This document shows, in pieces, positions 26,354 through 32,000 of a stretch of DNA of 32,000 nt. The translations under genes and the position numbers were made by a program. The DNA comes from Nitrosopumilus sp. (GTDB lineage Archaea; Thermoproteota; Nitrososphaeria; Nitrososphaerales; Nitrosopumilaceae). Every line of letters begins with the position of its first letter. Positions within the stretch are counted from its first letter, which is position 1. The notes below the pieces were generated by a model. It worked only from the letters and a program-made list of their open reading frames with translations, was not told the origin of the DNA and made no database searches. The stretch is taken from assembly GCF_965223225.1 (NCBI RefSeq), contig NZ_CBDCVU010000004.1, positions 570,378 through 602,377 on the forward strand, written 5' to 3'.

Positions 26354-26629
26354 TCAAATTTTGATTCTTCCTGTACCTTTTCCTGTAGATACGTACAAAC
26401 CAGTAATTTTTCGTGGTTTTGGTTTTCTCATTTCAGAGAGTTTTATCTTTGATGTTCCCTTGTTACTCATTATCCAGGGATCTCCTGCTCGGCTTAACAA
26501 TTCCTTTGATTTTTCTTCATTTTGTTTTCCCATAAATTCTGAAGGAAGTACTGGTCTGTCTGTTGTTGATGTTCCCTTGTTGATGCTTGTGCGGACCACA
26601 ATCGTGTCCTTATAATCAATTCCACTCAT
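26354..26629 (-). CDS. Hypothetical 91-aa protein with a thrice-repeated (N/G)KGT(S/G) motif
   Basis: ATG start. Motifs are SINKGTSTTD, SNKGTSKIKL and STGKGTGRIKI. An equally long antisense ORF exists, so coding status is uncertain. Confidence 0.4.
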   Translation of the reverse strand: MSGIDYKDTIVVRTSINKGTSTTDRPVLPSEFMGKQNEEKSKELLSRAGDPWIMSNKGTSKIKLSEMRKPKPRKITGLYVSTGKGTGRIKI

Positions 26630-26759
26630 ACTCTGTATTGGGAAATAATGAAGATATGGTCTTGTTAGCTTGGATTATAATTTATTAGAATCAAATTCAC
26701 ATTCTTTCTTCAAAAATAATTGATTTCCAAATTTATTGTACCAGTTACCAATTTGAAAT

Positions 26760-28091
26760 CTAATTTCTTTTACCAAGGAACTCTGCAATTACTTGTATCA
26801 GCAAAAGGGGATGAAACAATATTGTTGGCGGCTTTTTCATGTGCATCATCTGCAAAAATGATTTTGTCGCAAGAGTACTTTTGGGTGCAAGCAACAATAC
26901 TCTTTGCGCGTGGTTTTGTACCATTCTTGTAATTGTATTAGGTCTTTTTCCTATCGTGGTGGGCCATCTCATGTCCTCACTTGTTCCAAGAACCCACGGC
27001 AACGATATGGTCTTTGCAATCTTTTTTTGGAATTTTTTGGCAAAGTCGTTTTCTTTTTTGCCCTCTTTTAGCATGTCTTCTAATGTCTTGGCCGCAAGCG
27101 CTGCTGATGTTATTCCTTGTCCATAATATGGATTAAAAACAGATACTGCATCACCCAACACTATAAAATTTTTAGGCCATTTTGACATCTCTTCGTAGTG
27201 GTACTTTCTGCTTCCTTGTACTCTGTACCCGTATATTTCAGAGTCAGGCGTTGCATCCTTTAGAGCATCATAAAGTTCTGTACTTTCAAGATTTTGTGTG
27301 AATTCCAAAAATCCTTCTTCATCAGTTGGCGGATAGTTTTTTCCTATCCCGTAAAGTCCCACAAGCCATTTTCCATTTTCTATTGGGTAGATTACACCTG
27401 TTCTGGGATTTGAAGTCGGGTTGTTAAAAATTGCCAACATCTTCCAATCTCTCTTGGTTTTTGATGTTTTTGAGGAAGGAGATGAAGGAATGAATCTTCT
27501 TGTTGCATATCCTACAAAAGAATCTATTTTTGTTTCCCTAGGTTTTGAATATCCAATCTCTTCAAGCCATGAAGGCGTTTTTGTATTTCGTCCCGTACAA
27601 TCAACTATAAGATCTGCGTTAATCTCTTTGGCTTCTTTTGTTTTCAAACTTAATTTGTTTTTGTCTCTTAGAACATACGAAGTAACCTGTTCATCTTGTC
27701 TTATTTTGATTTTTGATTTTTTTTGAATTTGTTCTTTGATTGTATTTTCTAAAAGCATTCGTGTGCATGTAAAGGTGATTATTCCTGAATCAAATCTTGG
27801 GGCCCATCCAGTTGGAAGTCTGTATCTACTGTCCTTTAGAAAATCAATCTTATTTGCTCCTTTTTTTATGAGTTCATCTTCAAGATTTGGAAAAAACTCT
27901 TCTAGTATCTCTCTTCCCTTGACAAGCAGTAGGTGAACATGATTTGCCTGAGGTACTCCATTTCTAACGGTGTTGTCATCTGTGTATCTGTCTTTTTCAA
28001 TCAAAATAACCTCTTCAAAATATTTTGATAATACATGTGATGCAAGAAATCCTGCAATACTTCCACCAATTACTACTGCCTTTTTTGGCAT
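26760..28091 (-). CDS. FAD-dependent monooxygenase/oxidoreductase (group A flavoprotein-like)
   Basis: The dinucleotide fold is KKAVVIGGSIAGFLASHVLSKYFEEVILIEKD. DLIVDCTGRN and the GDAVSVFNPYYGQGITSAALAA ribityl-binding motif are also present. Confidence 0.88.
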   Translation of the reverse strand: MPKKAVVIGGSIAGFLASHVLSKYFEEVILIEKDRYTDDNTVRNGVPQANHVHLLLVKGREILEEFFPNLEDELIKKGANKIDFLKDSRYRLPTGWAPRFDSGIITFTCTRMLLENTIKEQIQKKSKIKIRQDEQVTSYVLRDKNKLSLKTKEAKEINADLIVDCTGRNTKTPSWLEEIGYSKPRETKIDSFVGYATRRFIPSSPSSKTSKTKRDWKMLAIFNNPTSNPRTGVIYPIENGKWLVGLYGIGKNYPPTDEEGFLEFTQNLESTELYDALKDATPDSEIYGYRVQGSRKYHYEEMSKWPKNFIVLGDAVSVFNPYYGQGITSAALAAKTLEDMLKEGKKENDFAKKFQKKIAKTISLPWVLGTSEDMRWPTTIGKRPNTITRMVQNHAQRVLLLAPKSTLATKSFLQMMHMKKPPTILFHPLLLIQVIAEFLGKRN

Positions 28092-28401
28092 ACCCCATAA
28101 CTTTGATGATTGTATTTTTGGATTTTGATTAAATTTGACATCACATGCAGGTAAATGAAGCGTCTACTAGGAACCAAAACCTTGTATTCTGATCTTGATT
28201 GATTTTGTTTTTAACTTAATTTTGATATCTTTTTTTATCTACCAATCATGTATGATACAAACAAGATTACAGAAACTATCACAGATCCTCCTACAATCAA
28301 TGCTAATTCTTTTTTTGAGAATATTCCTGCCTGAAAGGTCACATCGTCTGTAAATTAACTAGATATTTACTCATTTCTACAAACAAAAAGAAAAAACCAA
28401 C

Positions 28402-28704
28402 TCACAATTCATTTTTGGAATCTATTGCCTTGACTATTCCATCATGTAATTCATATTCTATTTTCAGATTCTTTTCTATTCGTCTCATTGTCTCCAAAAT
28501 TATCTGCTGATCATTACCTGAATCAAGATTTTTCATCTCTGATTCTGTTATTTTTTTATGCTCTTCAAGTTTTTTTATCCTCTTATTATTTACCAAAAGT
28601 TGCTTGTCTAACAGATCTAAATCTTCTTCACATGTCTTACAAATGGATTCTCTTTTTGTCCTTATCTGAGTTTCTAAATTGCATCTTTTACATGTAAAGA
28701 ACAA
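28402..28704 (-). CDS. Zinc-ribbon plus coiled-coil small protein (TTG start)
   Basis: (M)FFTCKRCN...ICKTCEE is followed by a charged heptad-like region. The only in-frame start upstream of the first CxxC is TTG at 28704. Confidence 0.55.
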   Translation of the reverse strand: MFFTCKRCNLETQIRTKRESICKTCEEDLDLLDKQLLVNNKRIKKLEEHKKITESEMKNLDSGNDQQIILETMRRIEKNLKIEYELHDGIVKAIDSKNEL

Positions 28705-28775
28705 CTAAAATAATTGTTCAAACTTTAAACTTAAACATATTGAAATTTTGCATTTAGATAAAATTTCTCAAAAAC

Positions 28776-29009
28776 TTAGTTTACGCCTTTTCTTCTCACT
28801 AGTTTTTCAGATGGGAAATTTGATGTTTCTTCAAATTCTTTTAATTTTCTTTCTGCTTCTTGTCTCTCCTGATCTGTCTGCTCACGTACGATAAAGTCTT
28901 TCTCATCTACAAAGTTCTTACATTTTTCACATAGCCAAAGTGATATGTTTTCCTTTTCCTGAAAAATAGGCACTCGTCTACCTTTGCATTGTTTGCAAAA
29001 TAGTGGCAT
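28776..29009 (-). CDS. Zinc-ribbon plus charged-helix small protein, same architecture as the neighbour
   Basis: MPLFCKQCKG...LCEKCKNF is followed by REQTDQERQEAERKLKEFEE. ATG start. Confidence 0.6.
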   Translation of the reverse strand: MPLFCKQCKGRRVPIFQEKENISLWLCEKCKNFVDEKDFIVREQTDQERQEAERKLKEFEETSNFPSEKLVRRKGVN

Positions 29010-29124
29010 ATATTTTCTGTAATTGGTTATAACTTAAGGGTATTGATGGCAAATTCTATTTCAAAATTCATTTAATATGATTTATCGACTAATGGTTTTT
29101 AGAATTTTTCACGTCAATGATGAA

Positions 29125-29277
29125 TTAGCGTTCCCAACATTTCATTTGAATTTCATATGCTGTGTTTTGAAAAAATTCTACATCACAGTATGGTATTCCC
29201 ATAGGCAATGGCACTACAAATAATACCAAAATTATTCCTGAAATAATTATCCCAAAGACTATCAATGGGCTTGCCAT
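29125..29277 (-). CDS. Possible 50-aa membrane peptide (below the ORF-track cutoff)
   Basis: Hand translation gives MASPLIVFGIIISGIILVLFVVPLPMGIPYCDVEFFQNTAYEIQMKCWER*, with one clear TM. Confidence 0.35.
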   Translation of the reverse strand: MASPLIVFGIIISGIILVLFVVPLPMGIPYCDVEFFQNTAYEIQMKCWER

Positions 29278-29575
29278 GTATTCTGTAAGATTTGGACTTA
29301 TTTAATGGAACCTTTTTACTATTACAAGTTAATTTTTTGTTCTGCCTGAAATTCACACTTGAATTAAAATACTTTCTCTATACTGTTTCGTCGTTCTCTG
29401 CTCTCCAACAATTTGGAATCTATCTCCTATAACATTTCATATTATCTTCAACCTGAATCCTCATCATGTGTCACTACCAGTATCTTCTTTGAAGATTGCT
29501 TTTTGAATGCATTGTTAGGTTGATCACAAATGAATTCCTTTATCTTTTGTTGTTCGTTGTATTTCCTAGACTAAG

Positions 29576-29586
29576 ATAAAATATTT
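29576..29586 (+). promoter_or_regulatory. TATA-like box upstream of tRNA-Pro
   Basis: ATAAAATATTT lies 21-31 nt upstream of tRNA position 1, the usual archaeal TATA-to-start distance. Confidence 0.4.
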
Positions 29587-29606
29587 GGTTTTTTTGTTTT
29601 TTTTCA

Positions 29607-29680
29607 GGGGATATAGGTTAGTTTGGTATACTGCCAGTCTCGGGTGCTGGAGATCATGGGTTCAACTCCCATTATCCCCA
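29607..29680 (+). tRNA. tRNA-Pro (anticodon CGG), no encoded CCA
   Basis: The sequence folds by hand into a cloverleaf. Acceptor stem GGGGATA/TATCCCC. Anticodon stem CCAGT/GCTGG with loop CT-CGG-GT (U33, G37). T arm ATGGG-TTCAACT-CCCAT. Discriminator A, followed by TAA. Confidence 0.93.
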
Positions 29681-29770
29681 TAAATTCAAATGTTGTAAAA
29701 ATCATTTAAACCAAATTTTCTATTTTTCTTCCATCTAAATTCAAATGTACTAAAATACAATTACTATCAG

Positions 29771-30268
29771 ATGAATCCCTCAGACGTATTTAGAAAACGA
29801 AATCTTACCAAAGTAAATTTTGACTATGAGGACCTAATTGGTAAGGATTTTTCTGATTCAAACATGTGTGGGGTTAATCTAAAAAATAGGGACATTCACC
29901 ACGCAAATCTGAGCTGTACAAACTTGATAGGATCTGATCTTAGCGGCACTATCTTATTTTACGTCAAATTACGTGGCTCTGATCTGCAAAATGCAAATCT
30001 GTCCCAGGCAAAACTATGGGATACTGAATTGTATGGGGCTGACTTGACAGGAGTGAATCTTTCAGGAGCAGACTTGTTTTATGCCGATTTGAGAAACTCT
30101 GATCTAAGCAATGCAAACCTTTCAGGAACAAATCTCAGACACACAAACCTAGAAGGTGCAATTCTTGATTCTGTAGATTTTGCTGGATGTAATTATGATG
30201 TAGATACCCTTAATTCTCTGTCTAAAGTTTTTCAGGCTAACCTAAAAAAATATGGAAACTTGTGGTAA
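29771..30268 (+). CDS. Cytoplasmic pentapeptide-repeat protein (~23 pentads)
   Basis: ANLSCTNLIGSDLSGTILFYVKLRGSDLQNANLSQAKLWDTELYGADLTGVNLSGADLFYADLRNSDLSNANLSGTNLRHTNLEGAILD. No signal or TM segment. Confidence 0.9.
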   Translation: MNPSDVFRKRNLTKVNFDYEDLIGKDFSDSNMCGVNLKNRDIHHANLSCTNLIGSDLSGTILFYVKLRGSDLQNANLSQAKLWDTELYGADLTGVNLSGADLFYADLRNSDLSNANLSGTNLRHTNLEGAILDSVDFAGCNYDVDTLNSLSKVFQANLKKYGNLW

Positions 30269-30378
30269 CCGTCATCTCAATTTTCTACTATTGATGTTTT
30301 ACTTTTTATCAATATCAATATGCTTAAGTTCGGAGTTATTTGTTCAAATTTGTGGATATTTATTCTAGAAAAATTCCA

Positions 30379-30564
30379 ATGGTTCTGATCTTTGCATTAG
30401 TTGGCATACTCTTACTCCAGTTTGTTACCAACAATAACGATGGTGCAACTTTGATTGATTCTCAAACCTGTGAGTTGTATGTTGAAGATGCAGCAATTAA
30501 TGCCAAAAAATATCTGGGAGAATACGATGAGAAATGTCTAGAATTTAAAAGTCTCAACCCTTGA
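30379..30564 (+). CDS. Small signal-anchored protein
   Basis: ATG at 30379 gives MVLIFALVGILLLQFV, then a 45-aa hydrophilic tail with 2 Cys. The track's TTG at 30340 is less likely. Confidence 0.45.
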   Translation: MVLIFALVGILLLQFVTNNNDGATLIDSQTCELYVEDAAINAKKYLGEYDEKCLEFKSLNP

Positions 30565-30680
30565 TTTGTCACATTTTTTAAACATCTCTATGATTCTTAA
30601 AAAAAATTGCATAGTTTTTCTTTTGCATGAATTGATGAAACTAGATTATTGATTTACATCTTTTAATATCTCCATATCTA

Positions 30681-31073
30681 TTGTACCTTGTCTTGACTGA
30701 AAATATTGAAGCTCTTGAAAAAGCCTGTAAACAAGTTCTACAAATACCGAAAATTAGATCTACAGGCGTCTTAAACAAGATGGGTCGCAGAGTTGCAGGC
30801 GGCTTTAAGGAAGGTGTAACGTCTTATCTCCAAGACAAAGAAAACGAAATGATGTATGTGCAGCTTACACTGGAATATCTGATGAGAAAAGATTTCGATG
30901 AGGGATTGGGAGCAATGGATTACATTGCATCTAGGAGGGCCAAAGTCACAATGATTAGTATTCCTACAAAAGATTACCTAATCTTGATTTCAGGAGAACG
31001 AGATCTTAATGTAGAAGATATAATCAGACGAGTAAATTCTGCGTTTACTAGCCTGCCGGATATCAGGCCATAA
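30681..31073 (+). CDS. Hypothetical protein, paralogue of 13792-14190; requires a non-ATG start
   Basis: The conserved block KIRSTGV...KEGVT lies upstream of the first ATG (codon 34). Only TTG at 30681 or 30693 can initiate. Confidence 0.65.
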   Translation: MYLVLTENIEALEKACKQVLQIPKIRSTGVLNKMGRRVAGGFKEGVTSYLQDKENEMMYVQLTLEYLMRKDFDEGLGAMDYIASRRAKVTMISIPTKDYLILISGERDLNVEDIIRRVNSAFTSLPDIRP

Positions 31074-31112
31074 TTCTCAAACTAATAAAAAATTTTCAGC
31101 ATGTTTTGACAT

Positions 31113-31244
31113 CTAACTCATAAAGTATGCTTCTTCATGCTGTTTGCACATTTTTTCTAATTCTGCAGTTTGGTCCCTTATTGTACATCCACATGACAAT
31201 AATACTGTCTTATTCCTTTCAGATTTAGCATGTACTATTTCCAT
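31113..31244 (-). CDS. Possible 43-aa Cys-containing peptide
   Basis: Hand translation gives MEIVHAKSERNKTVLLSCGCTIRDQTAELEKMCKQHEEAYFMS*. No other support. Confidence 0.25.
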   Translation of the reverse strand: MEIVHAKSERNKTVLLSCGCTIRDQTAELEKMCKQHEEAYFMS

Positions 31245-31508
31245 TAAATTATGTAGTATCTACTAGTATTAAAGATCGCTGGTTTGGATTTTAAAAGAAT
31301 ATTCAAATTTTGAGTAAGTTGCTTAATTTATGAATTATTGTATTTCTTATGGTATGAATTTTCAATTCAACTGCCTCTCTCTTGAATGTTCAAGCTAGAT
31401 TTATGAAAATTTAATGATATTTTGTTATTGAATTTTCTTATTTTTTGGAACTAATTTTTGGATTGTTTTTATGATGGTTTTATTTTCTAAAATTTATTGG
31501 GTAAAAAA

Positions 31509-31688
31509 ATGGATTGTCAATGTACTAATTGTTCATGTAAGCAAAATTTTGAGCTTGTTGAGACTGAAGAATTGTTAAACCTAATACAACATGGAAGACT
31601 AACTCAAGAGCAAATTGCTTTTCTGAACTCTAGAGTTGGAAGTAAATTGTGTAAGCAATGTTTTGTTGGAAATCATAAGAAAATTTAG
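31509..31688 (+). CDS. Small Cys-rich protein
   Basis: MDCQCTNCSCKQNF...LCKQCFVGNH. ATG at 31509 is preferred to TTG at 31497. Confidence 0.5.
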   Translation: MDCQCTNCSCKQNFELVETEELLNLIQHGRLTQEQIAFLNSRVGSKLCKQCFVGNHKKI

Positions 31689-31823
31689 TTTCAAAATTTG
31701 CTGAATCTTATTTTTGTTATTTGTGGTGACATGATATTCAAAAATTCACACTCTCATTTCGTTTCATTTTTTTAATTTCATTAAAATAAAAAACATAAAC
31801 ATTACTTGATAGCATGATTGATT

Positions 31824-32000
31824 ATGAAAATTGGAGTATCGCTTTCAAACTATGGAATACTTGCTTCAAGAGAATTCTTAAAAGAAGCTGCAATTGAAAT
31901 TGAAAATCAACAACTAGATTCTATCTGGTTGTCTGATCATATTATTGTTCCAAAGAACAATGATCCTTGGACTCGCGTTTTTGAGAGTGTTGCAACTCTG
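31824..32000 (+). CDS. Luciferase-like (LLM-class) flavin/F420-dependent oxidoreductase, 3' end cut by window edge
   Basis: Absent from the ORF track because no stop falls in the window. Reads MKIGVSLSNYGILASREFLKEAAIEIENQQLDSIWLSDHIIVPKNNDPWTRVFESVATL, a typical LLM N-terminus. Confidence 0.7.
   Translation, partial: MKIGVSLSNYGILASREFLKEAAIEIENQQLDSIWLSDHIIVPKNNDPWTRVFESVATL

Noticed and set aside
26361-26615. 84-aa plus-strand ORF exactly antisense to 26354-26629
   Set aside because: Only one of the two can be real. The minus-strand frame has an ATG start and a hydrophilic, internally repeated sequence. The plus frame is Phe/Leu/Ser-rich. I chose the minus frame, with low confidence.
26720-27936. 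Four plus-strand ORFs (66-101 aa) within the FAD monooxygenase gene
   Set aside because: They are antisense shadows of a CDS with clear GxGxxG and GD...GQG flavoprotein motifs.
1-32000. Scan for CRISPR arrays, IS elements/transposases, integrases, rRNA and other large structured RNAs
   Set aside because: I saw no regularly spaced direct repeats, no DDE/tyrosine/serine recombinase motifs and no terminal inverted repeats. The only GC-rich structured island is tRNA-Pro.

Overview
AT-rich archaeal chromosomal segment. Gene content (archaeal EF-2, many small Cys-rich and secreted proteins, frequent TTG starts) suggests a marine ammonia-oxidising thaumarchaeon (Nitrosopumilus-like); this is inference, since no search was run. 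I support about 45 features. Housekeeping and metabolic genes: aEF-2 (5' partial), pirin, two SAM methyltransferases, an isochorismatase-family hydrolase, proline dehydrogenase, P5C dehydrogenase, an arginase-family protein, a GltP/GltPh-type transporter, an FAD monooxygenase, tRNA-Pro(CGG) and a 3'-partial luciferase-like oxidoreductase. Regulators and accessory genes: an HxlR-YeaO/DUF488 pair, an HTH-less tandem RAM-domain protein, a Mut7-C nuclease and two pentapeptide-repeat proteins. I found no CRISPR array, transposase, integrase or intact recognisable defence system. Items most worth a second look: (1) a translationally coupled pair, a transthyretin-like protein plus a GMC flavoenzyme carrying two C-terminal GXWXG/DUF4334-like barrels; (2) a decayed KAP-family P-loop NTPase relic with a TGA at the Walker A Trp codon and a frameshift; (3) a zinc-finger gene readable only by a -1 shift on A_AAA_AAA; (4) a trypco2-like gene split at a T5 run; (5) three ACTTACC palindromes in the HxlR divergent region; (6) two divergent paralogues of an uncharacterised family, one needing a non-ATG start. 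All family calls rest on motif recognition by eye.
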